From assembly GCA_043228905.1 (NCBI GenBank), contig JBHGNT010000014.1, positions 3,596,001 through 3,660,000 on the forward strand: a DNA stretch of 64,000 nt, given 5' to 3'. Of this stretch, positions 1 through 10,675 are shown in pieces. The notes beneath the pieces are model-generated. The model searched no databases, was not told the origin of the DNA, and saw only the letters and a program-made list of their open reading frames with translations. Position 1 is the stretch's first letter; each line of letters begins with the position of its first letter. The translations under genes and the position numbers were made by a program. This DNA is from Azolla caroliniana. Lineage: Eukaryota; Plantae; Polypodiophyta.

Positions 1-965
1 CCCCATGACAACCCCTTACGTGATCTCAGTAATTGATTAGATTCATCCTTGATACATGGGTTCTATAGGATACGTTGACTGAGCCAAGCGGGTTTGAAAC
101 TCGGTTGATCGCACTTGAGCCCTCGTCTAATGTCACACCATGCCTTCCACATGGATGCACTGAATCTATCCTCCAATTGACGGGAGAAACTAGGTTTGAG
201 ATCCATGTTTAGAATCCATCTCATTTGGGGGGCCCAATTGACCCCTTTTCTTGGCCTAAAGTAAGCGAAACGTAACCGTAGTAGCATTTTCCAATAGTCA
301 TTTCCGGGTTGGAGTCCTCGCACCACAAATTTGGCAAGTAAGACTTTTGATTGTGAAAGGGGATCAATAAGACCCAATCCCCCTCTCGACTTAGGCGATG
401 TGAGTATAGACCACGCCACCTTGGCGCGAGTTACATGGTCTTCCTTACCAGACCAAATGTAGTTGCGGACCAGTCATTGAATCTGATGTATACTTTCCTT
501 GGAGATTGTCCAGCAAGATAGACTGTACCATGTTGTTGCGAGTAGTACCTGGTTTGCCACTATGATGTGACCCACTAGTGATAGTTTTTTCGAACTCCAA
601 TGTATCAGCTTTTGTCGAATGGAGTGGATAACGGGTGCAATCATAGTCTCCGGCGGTATGTTGAAACCAATTTGGAAGCCCAAATATTTGGTGCTCGCTC
701 CTTGATTGATCCATTTGAAAGCGGGATGTGGGTGCCACGCCGGATGTGTTTCATGAGAAAGCCATATTGTGCAGGATTTGTGCCAATTGATCATGGCATT
801 GGATCTCTTGCAAAATACGGCTAACCCACTTTCTAGCTTTTGGAGGTTTTCCAAGTCCCCTTGCAGGTAGACGGATGTGTCATCTGCAAATTCTATATCC
901 AGAATGCTTTGGTGAGAATGAGGTATGGGAAGACCGCGTAGGTTGAGATGTCACGAGTTGAGAAA
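1..965 (-). mobile_element. Degenerate L1-clade LINE ORF2 (RT C-terminal part), left arm, split by the Copia insertion
   Basis: Minus-strand ORF fragments with LDIEFADDTSVY, KYLGF and AWSILTSPKSRGGLGL, typical of plant L1 RT. The sequence resumes at 12236. Confidence 0.85.
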
Positions 966-1351
966 TGTTGAGAATCAAGCTCAACTTGGTCTAGTGTGTG
1001 AACTCACCTTGAGAGTGAAGAGACACTCCAACGGTCAAGAGTCACCATTATGTGACCACTTTGTATTCTAGCATTTAGTATGAGTTATAGAATCATATTC
1101 TATATCACATAACTTATGAGCTTTCACATTCCCCATGCTCCATGAGGCTTGTAGTTAATGAAGAGAGAGGGTGATTACATAAAGCACCCTCCTCCCACCT
1201 TGTATAATGTTGAGTCTTTCTCCTTTGCTAATATACTTAACCTTGCGTATACTCTGTGTGTGTGTCTCTCTCTCTCTCTCTCATACACACACATACACAC
1301 ACAGTTCACACCTATTCCGCTTCACAAGAATCCATCTCTTGATTCTTTACA
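966..1351 (+). repeat. Copia 5' LTR (386 bp)
   Basis: TGTTGAGAATC...TTCTTTACA. About 7 substitutions plus a microsatellite length difference relative to the 3' LTR. Confidence 0.95.
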
Positions 1352-1363
1352 TGGTATCAGAGC
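1352..1363 (+). promoter_or_regulatory. Primer binding site for tRNA-iMet
   Basis: TGGTATCAGAGC immediately after the 5' LTR. Confidence 0.95.
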
Positions 1364-1510
1364 GATTTGGTAGCTCAATCTAGCCCATTCGCCTCATCGT
1401 GATCGTGTGTTGTGCTCTACACCGACGACCAACAACCGGCTCATAGTTATCGTAGCTTCGCTACATAGCTCGCATTCGAAGAGAGAAGAAGAAGAAGAAG
1501 AACCGATATA

Positions 1511-4500
1511 ATGAATACTCAAATGGGGAGCGCTCTCCCTACCGAGAAGTTGGATCGAAACAACTTCGCATCTTGGGAGTACAAGATGCACCAATACCTT
1601 GTCAGACAAGGCTATTGGAGCTACATCAAAGGAGCGCATGAAGACCGACCCGCCGAAGCGGCTCCCGAATACGCGACATGGGAGAAAGCCGCAAGCCGTG
1701 TGATGTATTATTTGGCAACATGTGTTCACGACCACATGCTCGGTTACATTCGAGAAGCCAAGACGCCGAAGGAAGCGTGGGAAAATCTACGAAAGATTTT
1801 TGCCGCCAACACGACCGTGAGGAAGCTTCAACTCCGCCAAGAGTTGAACAACATTCAACAAAGGGACATGTCCATCACGACATACACCTTGAAGATCAAG
1901 GAGCTTTGCGACTCGCTCAGCTCAATAAGCGTAAGTATAGATGATGATGAGATGGTGCAAATATGCCTCGGCGGCCTAGCACCACGGTTCGGCGCAATGC
2001 GAACCGCCGTTCTAGCACGGGAGAAATCTCCCTCCTTCTTCGAGCTCCAATCAATGCTATTGGTCGAAGAAAACCACGTGCGTACAAGGAGCAATGAGTC
2101 GGAAGGCCACATGCTCTACACGCACTCTAATGGAGGAAGAGGACGCGGACGAGCGAGAGGCCGATTCGGCCAAGGACAAGGCGGACGAGGTCCGACCTAT
2201 GACAACAACTCCCAATTTCGGCCGCAAAACGGAGGCCAACGAGGAACCTTCGCAAGAAGGGGGAGCTTCCAATCCGGTCCTAGCCGTCAAAACGCAATCG
2301 AATGCGGATATTGCGGAAAGCTCGGCCACCATGAAGAAGAGTGCTAAAAGAAGATGCGTGAATCGGCTTCCACAAGCCGACAACTCACGAATTACGCACA
2401 CAATTCCGACTACGAAGAGTATAACGGAATGTCTGGGAACAACTCCGATTACGAAGATTGTGGCGGAATGTATGCGCACAACTCCGACCATGGCGGAATG
2501 TTCATGATGAAACACAGAGCAAACTCTATGTCGGCCGCTACCTCAACTAGTGCCTCCGGTCCGGAAGACGTATGGTTTGTTGATTCCGAAGCCTCAAACC
2601 ATATGACATCCCACAAAGAATGGTTTCTCGAACTTCGAGAGCCAAAGCGACCCGGTTATGTCGAAACCGGAGATGACATTACGCACCCGATTCGGCACAT
2701 CGGCAACGTTCCGTTCGGCGAAAGAGGTAAGCAAACATACATTAAAAATGTCTTGCATGTACCCACCATCACAAAGAATTTGGTCTCGGTCGGCCAAATG
2801 GTTGAGCAAGGGATGCAAGTACGATTCGACCAAGAAGAGTGCTTCATCGAAAAAGAAGGCAGAACCATCGCACGTGGAAGAAGAGAGGGTCGGATGTTCA
2901 TTCTCGATTCGCACGAGATGAAATCCGCCATGTTCGCGAAAAGCACGAAAGCCGACTCCGACATAGAGCTATGGCATAAGCGAATCGGCCACATCAATCT
3001 CAACAAACTCAAAGCAATGAAATCGAAAGGAGTCGTCATCGGACTTCCGACATTCAAAGAGAAGGAGATTGAAGGTGTATGCGAAGCGTGCCAATTCGGC
3101 AAGCAACACCGACACCCATTTCCGAAGGAGCGGAATGTGAGCAAAGGCGTACTCGACGTAATTCATTCCGATGTATGGGGTCCGGCTCAAACGACGACAT
3201 TCGGCGGATGCCGCTATTACGTGCTCTTCATCGACGACTTTTCTAGGCACACTTGGATCTACCCGATGCGGCAAAAGAGCGAAGTGTTCGGACACTTCCA
3301 AAATTTCAAGAATGAAGTCGAGAAAGCCACGGGCCGACATGTACGATGCCTTCGATCGGATGGCGGCAAGGAGTACTTCTCGGACGATTTCACGGCGTAT
3401 CTCCGAAAGGAAGGAATTCAGCGAGAATTCACTTGCCGACACACTCCGCAACAAAACGGAGTAGCCGAGCGCAAAAATCGGCACATCCTCGAAGTAGCGT
3501 GGGCCATGATGAACGAGAAGCATATGCCCAAGTCATATTGGGCCGAAGCAGCAAATACGGCCGTCTACCTAATGAACCGGTGCACAACATCCGGCGTGCA
3601 CGAGGTCACTCCGCAAGAAAGATTCTTCGGAAAGAAGCCGAACCTATCACATGTTCGGATATTCGGCTCCATTGTGTACGTGCACATCCCTGACGAGAAG
3701 CGTCAAAAGCTCGACCCGAAGTCAGAGAAATGTATCCTCGTAGGATACTCACTGGAGCAAAAGGGGTACAAGTGCTACAACCCCTCAACTCGACAATCTC
3801 GAGTAAGTCGAGACGTCGTCTTTGACGAGTCTGCATCCTAGTTAGCACCAGAGACAACTTCGACTCCGACCCCGCTCGACCCGAAATCCACCGAACAAGA
3901 GATAGAGGATGAAGATCACCTTACGCGCATGTTCGAAGAAAGTCCGATCACGACCTGACTGAGCGGACCACAAGAGCCTTTGAGCGATCAAAGCAAATCA
4001 TGGCCTAGCCCAAAACTGGACAAAGGCAAGGCGAAAATGGCGGAATACGAAGACGATCGCTTCACCGACGATGAGTCAACTCACTCACTCGACAGTGAGT
4101 TCGGCGGTTTCGAGGTACCAATCGGAGCAAAGAAAGCCCTCATCTCTGCAAATGAAAAGCTCCGCCGATCCACTCGTGAAAAGAACCCCGTAAGTCGATT
4201 CGGCTACAACGATTACATGGCGTACCATTACGCCTTTATGATGAAGGTAGCGACAATACGGGAGCCGGAAACCTTTTCGGAAGCCGCGAAGGACCCGCGA
4301 TGGATCGAAGCAATGAACGAGGAGATGCAGGCACTACGGAAGAACGAGACGTGGGATCTCGTTCCCACCTCACCACACAAAAAGGCGATCGGATGCAGAT
4401 GGATCTACAAGGTGGAGTATAACGCCGATGGCTCCGTCAACCGCTACAAAGCTCGACTCGTAGCGAAAGGATACGCTCAAACACATGGCATCGACTACGA

Positions 4501-5364
4501 AGAAACCTTTGCCCCGGTGGCAAAGATGACGACAGTGCGGACCGTAATTGCGATTGTTGCGGCGAAAGGGTGGCACCTCCATCAAATGGACGTCAAGAAC
4601 GCCTTTCTACAAGGCGAATTAGAAGAGGAGGTGTACATGCTACAACCACCCGGCTTCAACTCGAGCACCCATCCGAAAGTTGTATGCCGACTCAAGAAGC
4701 CACTCTACGGCCTCAAGCAAGCACCACGTGCTTGGCATTCGAAGATAACGCAATATCTTCATCAAATCGGCTTCCGTATGTCAAAATCGGACAACTCCCT
4801 CTACATACGATGCGATTCTGCAAGTCCGATCGTCATCATTTTATATGTGGATGACCTCGTCATTGGAGGTGAGCATCTCGTCGAAATCACTAAGGTCAAA
4901 TCCCTCCTTTCTGACAACTTCGAGATGACGGACATGAAGGGGCTCCACTACTTCCTCGGCATCGAGGTAATTCGGACTCCGGCCGGAATCATGATCTCTC
5001 AACGGCACTACATCCTCAACTTGTTATACAAGTTCGGGATGGCTGAGTGCAAATCTGTGGCAACCCCGCTCGATCGTAATCTCAAACTAAATGCGAACTC
5101 CGGCACCAAAGCGTGTGAGCCGACTCAGTATCGGCAACTCATCGGGAGTCTCATCTACCTCACGATCACATGACCCGATCTCAGTTATCCGGTCGGTCTC
5201 CTTAGCCAATTCATGCAAACACCGCGTGATACTCACTTGGATTGCGCTAGGCGAGTTCTACGCTATGTGAGCGGCACAATGGATTGTGGCATCCTCTACA
5301 AGACCGCGATACCAATACGACTCGAGGGGTACACAGACGCCGATTGGGCCGGCTACAAAGCTGA
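1511..5364 (+). pseudogene. Copia gag-pol (Gag with CCHC knuckle, protease, integrase, RT, start of RNase H) with in-frame stops
   Basis: Motifs CGYCGKLGHHEEEC, WFVDSEASNHM, LWHKRIGH...CEACQFGK, SDVWGP, QQNGVAERKNR, HQMDVKNAFL, YVDD. Stops at 2345, 3839, about 3956 and 5171. Confidence 0.93.
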
Positions 5365-5820
5365 TGTCAGGAACGCTACCTAGGCGGAGAAGGAATTAGT
5401 ACTAAAAGAAGGATTAGTACAATTGTTGAGAACAGTACTAAGACAGAGAAGGATTAGTACTATGAGAGGTGTAGAACGTTGAGAGAAGGAACGAGTGAGA
5501 GGGAGAGAGAGAGAGAGAGAGAGAGAATGATGATACGAAGGATATATGTATTAGGTGAAGGAAAATATACAATAACAGCTAGAAGGCTTAAGACTGGCGT
5601 TGAACCGATTTGGTTCGAACTAATGCCTTGCGCCTCCTTTTATAGTGTTTTCAGGAATACTCCTGAAGTTTCTAGAATGTTCCAGAGAAATCTGGAATAT
5701 ACATCCATTTCCTAATAAAATATAAATGAAAATAATATACTTCGAATTACAATGTATAATATAACGGTAAAGACTCGACCCATGTAACAACAGGTTATGG
5801 GTTCGAGTCTAGTTATGACA
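5365..5820 (-). repeat. Gypsy 3' LTR
   Basis: TGTCA...TGACA termini. Adjacent polypurine tract reads AAAGGGGGGATAG on the minus strand (5821-5833). Confidence 0.95.
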
Positions 5821-8800
5821 CTATCCCCCCTTTAAAACGACGAGTTCCACGAGTCGTTTTAGATTGAGGACCCGGTTTCTCTGGATATCGACGATGGAAG
5901 TCTTCAAGAAGAGCACGAGCATTGGTCACGTTCTCGATCGGCTCCCAAGTACGCTCGCTGGGACTATACCCTAGCCAATCGACTAGATAGTAGAGCTTAT
6001 TGCGAACAATCTTGGAATCAAGGATGGCAGCGACCTCATACTCAGGTCCATCTTCAAGCTCGATAGGAGGTGGAGGTTGTGTAATCCGTCCTGGGATAGT
6101 GCTCTCGTGATAAGGTTCAAGGAGGGAACTATGAAATACCGGATGTATCCGAAGTTGCGGAGGTAGATCGAGACGAAAAGCGACATCATTAATCTTTCCG
6201 ATAATACGGAAAGGACCTAATCGCCGATAATCCAATTTTTCACATGGGCGAGTAGTCTTGATGTGTCGTCGTAGCAGCCACACCCGATCCCCAATGTTAA
6301 AACTGGATGGAAGTCGATGACGATCTGCGTAGTCCTTGTGTGATTGTTGAGCATGCTGGAGTTGAGTAGATAAATCTTCTTGTATCTTGCGTAATCGCTC
6401 CAAACGATCCTCCGCGCACGGATTTGTGGACACTTCTGGGACTTCAAGGACAGACCACCGGGGATGACATCCCGTATAAGCATAGAATGGCGTAACTTTA
6501 GTCGATGCGTGGATAGCGTTATTATAGGCAAATTCGGCGAAGTGAAGAATATCTGCCCAGTCATCCTGATGATAGCTGAGAAAGCACCGCAGATACTGCT
6601 CCAATGTTTGATTTGTTCGTTCGGCTTGACCGTCGGTTTGTGGGTGGTAGCCGGAGGAGAGGTTACAAGTCACCTTGAGCATCTTAAAAAGGTGCTTCCA
6701 GAATTTGGATACAAACTGGGGTCCACGATCGCTAATGATACTATCGGGAAGTCCATGATGCCGACATACTTCCCGCATGACAATTTCGGCGGTGTCTTCA
6801 CTAGATATTTCCTTAGTACATGGTAAGAAATGAGCCATCTTCGTATATCGATCCACCACTGTTAGAATCGCGTTGAACTCCTTAGAGACTGGAAGATCTG
6901 TGATGAAGTCGAGAGCAATGGATTGCCATGGCTTGCTTGGAATTGGTAATGGTTCTAATAAACCATATGGATGATGCCTTGGCATTTTCGCTCTGCAACA
7001 GGTGTCACAAGTCCGAACAAAATCTTTGACAAATTGTTGCATACGGGGCCACCAGAATGATCGTTGTACTAAATCTAATGTTTTAGTACTACCGAAATGT
7101 CCTGCTGTATATGTGTCATGGCAGTTTTGTACTACTCGAAGGCGGCAAGAACCATTAGGAACATACAAAAGTTCTTTAAAGAAGAGTAATCCATCACAGT
7201 ATTTAAATTGCCGATAGTCAGTACCTGGTGGTTGTGACTGTGAACATGACGCTCGACAGGGGTCAATTTGTGCTAGTATAGCTTGGGCAAAGGCGTCAGT
7301 CTTCAAGTCCTCACGTATAGTATTGGTGACGTCAGAGTCCATGGGCATGTCAAAGACCTGTGCTCCTTGTAGTCGTGCTGGTCCCAAGATTACTTGCTTC
7401 TGGTTATCGAAAGCTGGCTCCCCGGGACGTGGTGTTAGATACGAACGTCGTGATAATGCATCTGCCTTCCCTTGGTGCTTCCCCGGACGATATGTAATTT
7501 TGAAGTCGAAGCGTGTGAGGAAGTGGGCCCATCGAGCTTGACGTCGATTCAGTACACGAGCATCTTGAAAGTAGGCAAGGTTCTTGTGGTCACTGAATAC
7601 AGTGACTTGATGAGGAGATCCCTCGAGAAAATGCCTCCACTGTATAAAAGAATCAACTATTGCCAATAGCTCTTTATCGTGAATTTCGTAGTTGATTTCG
7701 GCGGCGTCAAACTTACGGGAGTGGAAAGCCACAGGATGCAGCTTCTCGTCATTACCCTGTTGTGACAAAATGCTCCCCAATGCGAAATCAGATGCGTCAG
7801 CTTCGATAATGAATGGTTGTTCCGGATCCACATGACCTAGAATTGGAGCTGATGTGAACGCCTTCTTAAGACTCTCGAAAGCCATGTCCGTTTCTTTAGA
7901 CCAGATAAATGATTGTCCTTTCCTGGTGAGCTGTGTGAGAGGCAGAACTATTTTTGAGTAGTCTTGTATGAACTTCCGGTAAAAATTTGCAAAGCCTAGG
8001 AAGCACTGCACATCCCGCACCGAACGCGGAGTTTGCCATTCTACCACCGTTTTGACCTTAGCTGGGTCCATAGAGATGCCTTCTGAGGAGATGACATATC
8101 CGAGAAATTCCACCTGGTTGCACCCGAAACTACATTTCTCTAGCTTTGCATATAGCCCATGTTCTCGAAGTCGTTTTAGTACTAATAGTACATGAGAATC
8201 ATGTTCTTCTTGGGTCTTTGAATAAACCAGTAGATCATCTAAATAGATGATCAGAAAATCATCCAATAGATCTCGAAATATATCATTTGCCATGTGCTGG
8301 AAGACTGCTGGCGCATTAGTGAGTCCGAACGGCATGACCGTATACTCGAAGTGCCCATATCTGGTGCGAAACGCGGTCTTCCATTCATCTCCTGGTCGGA
8401 TTCGTACGAGGTTATAGGCTCCTCGTAAATCGATCTTCGTGAAGAACCTGGCACCATTGATTCGTTCTAAAAGACTTGAGATAAGGGGAAGAGCATACCT
8501 ATTTCTTATTGTAACCTTATTCAAGCCACGGTAATCTACAACAAGTCGAAGCGAGCCATCTTTTTTCTTGACGAAGAAAATGGGTGCGCCGGCTGGAGAT
8601 TTCGAATGCCGAATGAAACCGTTCTCCAAATTCTCCTCTATATAGGCTCGAAGGACTTCTAGCTCGGTTGGTGACAAACTGTAGATCGGCCCCCATGGCG
8701 GCTCTTTTCCCGGTTGTAAGTCGATGGCGCAATCGTACGGCCGATGATGAGGAAGTGTGTTGGCTTGTACTTTATCGAACACATCAGCGTACTGACGATA

Positions 8801-9400
8801 CTTCTCAGGGAGTTGAACAGTACTGTCTTCTTTAGTGGTGATGGAGGGGTTTACTGATATTGCGAAAAGGAACATCTCCTCCTTGCGCCCTTCTTCACGC
8901 AACTGATGTAGCGAAATGGTTGCCATTGTCTTTTGGGTTTGTCGACACCGGATTGCCCTTGTTCTCCAATCTATGTTTGGATTGTGTAATTCGAACCATG
9001 GTAATCCTAAAACTATGGGATGTTCTGGGATACTAATAATATTAAACGACACTACACATGCTAAGTTATCTAGGACAATATTAACAGGTTCTGACTCTTC
9101 TATGATATTCCCAGAAGCAATGGGACGACCATCAATGACTACTACTGAGGCTGGACACGGGAGCTTACTGAGGGATATCTGATGGGCTTGGGCAAAATTC
9201 CTATCCATAAAGCAAGAATTAGCTCCGGAATCTAGAAGTGCTAAGGTATGTACTGGAGGGGTACTTTTAGTACTAACTGCTACTTGGGCTACGAACACAT
9301 CACTAACTTGCTTAGAGGGAATGGAACCACTAATGGGCTGCACAGATCTAGGGCTGTCCAACCAAACGGCTCCTATTTTGGCTGGACTTAATAGTTTAAC
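5813..9400 (-). CDS. Gypsy Pol (PR-RT-RH-IN-chromodomain), probably expressed as Gag-Pol by -1 frameshift
   Basis: Uninterrupted ORF of about 1190 codons with LLDSGA, YLDD, DASD, HHCC/DDE integrase, GPF motif and EYEVAAILDSK...YLVDWLGY...TWEP chromodomain. No ATG near its 5' end. Confidence 0.93.
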   Translation of the reverse strand, partial: VKLLSPAKIGAVWLDSPRSVQPISGSIPSKQVSDVFVAQVAVSTKSTPPVHTLALLDSGANSCFMDRNFAQAHQISLSKLPCPASVVVIDGRPIASGNIIEESEPVNIVLDNLACVVSFNIISIPEHPIVLGLPWFELHNPNIDWRTRAIRCRQTQKTMATISLHQLREEGRKEEMFLFAISVNPSITTKEDSTVQLPEKYRQYADVFDKVQANTLPHHRPYDCAIDLQPGKEPPWGPIYSLSPTELEVLRAYIEENLENGFIRHSKSPAGAPIFFVKKKDGSLRLVVDYRGLNKVTIRNRYALPLISSLLERINGARFFTKIDLRGAYNLVRIRPGDEWKTAFRTRYGHFEYTVMPFGLTNAPAVFQHMANDIFRDLLDDFLIIYLDDLLVYSKTQEEHDSHVLLVLKRLREHGLYAKLEKCSFGCNQVEFLGYVISSEGISMDPAKVKTVVEWQTPRSVRDVQCFLGFANFYRKFIQDYSKIVLPLTQLTRKGQSFIWSKETDMAFESLKKAFTSAPILGHVDPEQPFIIEADASDFALGSILSQQGNDEKLHPVAFHSRKFDAAEINYEIHDKELLAIVDSFIQWRHFLEGSPHQVTVFSDHKNLAYFQDARVLNRRQARWAHFLTRFDFKITYRPGKHQGKADALSRRSYLTPRPGEPAFDNQKQVILGPARLQGAQVFDMPMDSDVTNTIREDLKTDAFAQAILAQIDPCRASCSQSQPPGTDYRQFKYCDGLLFFKELLYVPNGSCRLRVVQNCHDTYTAGHFGSTKTLDLVQRSFWWPRMQQFVKDFVRTCDTCCRAKMPRHHPYGLLEPLPIPSKPWQSIALDFITDLPVSKEFNAILTVVDRYTKMAHFLPCTKEISSEDTAEIVMREVCRHHGLPDSIISDRGPQFVSKFWKHLFKMLKVTCNLSSGYHPQTDGQAERTNQTLEQYLRCFLSYHQDDWADILHFAEFAYNNAIHASTKVTPFYAYTGCHPRWSVLEVPEVSTNPCAEDRLERLRKIQEDLSTQLQHAQQSHKDYADRHRLPSSFNIGDRVWLLRRHIKTTRPCEKLDYRRLGPFRIIGKINDVAFRLDLPPQLRIHPVFHSSLLEPYHESTIPGRITQPPPPIELEDGPEYEVAAILDSKIVRNKLYYLVDWLGYSPSERTWEPIENVTNARALLEDFHRRYPEKPGPQSKTTRGTRRFKGGIVS

Positions 9401-10578
9401 TCTTCTTCTAACTGACTAAGGACATCAAATTTGTTGACTAAATTTGGACTATAAGTACTATTAGAACTTTCATGCATACCTAGGGAAGTAGACTCAGTTT
9501 TAGTATTATTAAGACTATCAGACACACCTAGGGAAACAGACTCGGGTTTAGTACTATTAGTACAGGCAATTATTTGGTTTACCTGTCTTTTTGGTCTATT
9601 GGGACAGTTTACTGCAATATGCCCTGGTCCCCCGCAATACAAACATAGTCGATGTGCCCTGCGTCGCTGCTTTTCTTCTTCCGATAGTGGTCCGCGACGA
9701 CGTGTGGTGTCGATCTCCATTGGAGTCGGAGTATTCGTTGGAGATGTACTGAAGGACTCCCTTGAAAAAGGCTTTGCTACGATTGAAGCATAGGTAGGCT
9801 CCGATCTTGTCCTTGGCATTTGGAACTGACGTTCCGAGCGTCGTTCGAAGAGGCGGTTATCGCATCGCACCGCACGACTGATTGCTTCGGTCAATGATTT
9901 TGGCTCTTCGGGGAAAGTTAAGAGTAGATCTTTAACATCATTCCGTAGGCCAAAGCGAAATTGTTCCATCAATGCCTGGTCATCCCAGGGAATATCGCTG
10001 GCAAGAAGACGGAAGTCCGCAGCATAAGCTGAGGCCGGCCGCTCACCTTGGCGCAATCTCCGGATTTTGTTGATGGCGGTTCTAACACTGTCAGTATCTC
10101 CGAAACAGGATTTAAACTCGCTCATAAACTCTTCAAAATTATTTAACATGGGAGAGTTTTTCTCTAACAGAGGGGCGAACCATGCCAAAGCCGTGCCACT
10201 AAGTAGAGTGCCAACTAGTCCCACTCGGGATGCATCGGTGGGATATCGAGAAGGATGCATTTGGATCACTAGACGTACCTGGTTGAGGAATCCTCTAAAC
10301 TGTGATCTGGTCCCATCAAATTTTGTAGGGAGACCGATCTTGGGTTCTCTGTGAATCCCTTGATTACCTGATCCTTGTTGTTGGAGTGATATAATGGTCG
10401 CTTCGAGTTGTTGTACCCGTAGCGTCAGCTCCCCATGTTGTTGCTGTTTTTCCAGCGCCGTTTGTTGAAGATCCCCCAACAGGCGGTGATTTTCTTGTTC
10501 AAGCGCTAAAAATTTCTCCTTTAAGGACTGGAGCTCCGAGAAAACAGATTGGTATTCTTGAGCGCTAACAGTTTCCAT
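9388..10578 (-). CDS. Gypsy Gag (N-terminal coiled coil, capsid, CCHC knuckle)
   Basis: 396-aa ORF with LPTKFDG, QGERPASAYAADF, PMEID and CLYCGGPGHIAVNC, typical of Tf1/sushi/Tcn1-type Gag. Confidence 0.93.
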   Translation of the reverse strand: METVSAQEYQSVFSELQSLKEKFLALEQENHRLLGDLQQTALEKQQQHGELTLRVQQLEATIISLQQQGSGNQGIHREPKIGLPTKFDGTRSQFRGFLNQVRLVIQMHPSRYPTDASRVGLVGTLLSGTALAWFAPLLEKNSPMLNNFEEFMSEFKSCFGDTDSVRTAINKIRRLRQGERPASAYAADFRLLASDIPWDDQALMEQFRFGLRNDVKDLLLTFPEEPKSLTEAISRAVRCDNRLFERRSERQFQMPRTRSEPTYASIVAKPFSRESFSTSPTNTPTPMEIDTTRRRGPLSEEEKQRRRAHRLCLYCGGPGHIAVNCPNRPKRQVNQIIACTNSTKPESVSLGVSDSLNNTKTESTSLGMHESSNSTYSPNLVNKFDVLSQLEEELNY

Positions 10579-10675
10579 TTTGATAGGGAGAATAAGGGTA
10601 TTAGTATGAAGAGAAGGAGGATAAAAGGGAAGGAAGAGGGAGAGAAAGACCAGATGGAGGGAAATCGGTTCAAAC

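Noticed and set aside
1394-5173. Numerous overlapping and antisense ORFs in the Copia interior
   Set aside because: Shadow ORFs of a GC-rich coding sequence, with no recognisable motifs.
5479-5715. Duplicated 78-aa ORFs (also 10790-11026) and the Copia LTR ORFs at 1158 and 12039
   Set aside because: Incidental frames through LTR microsatellites. The duplication simply reflects LTR identity.
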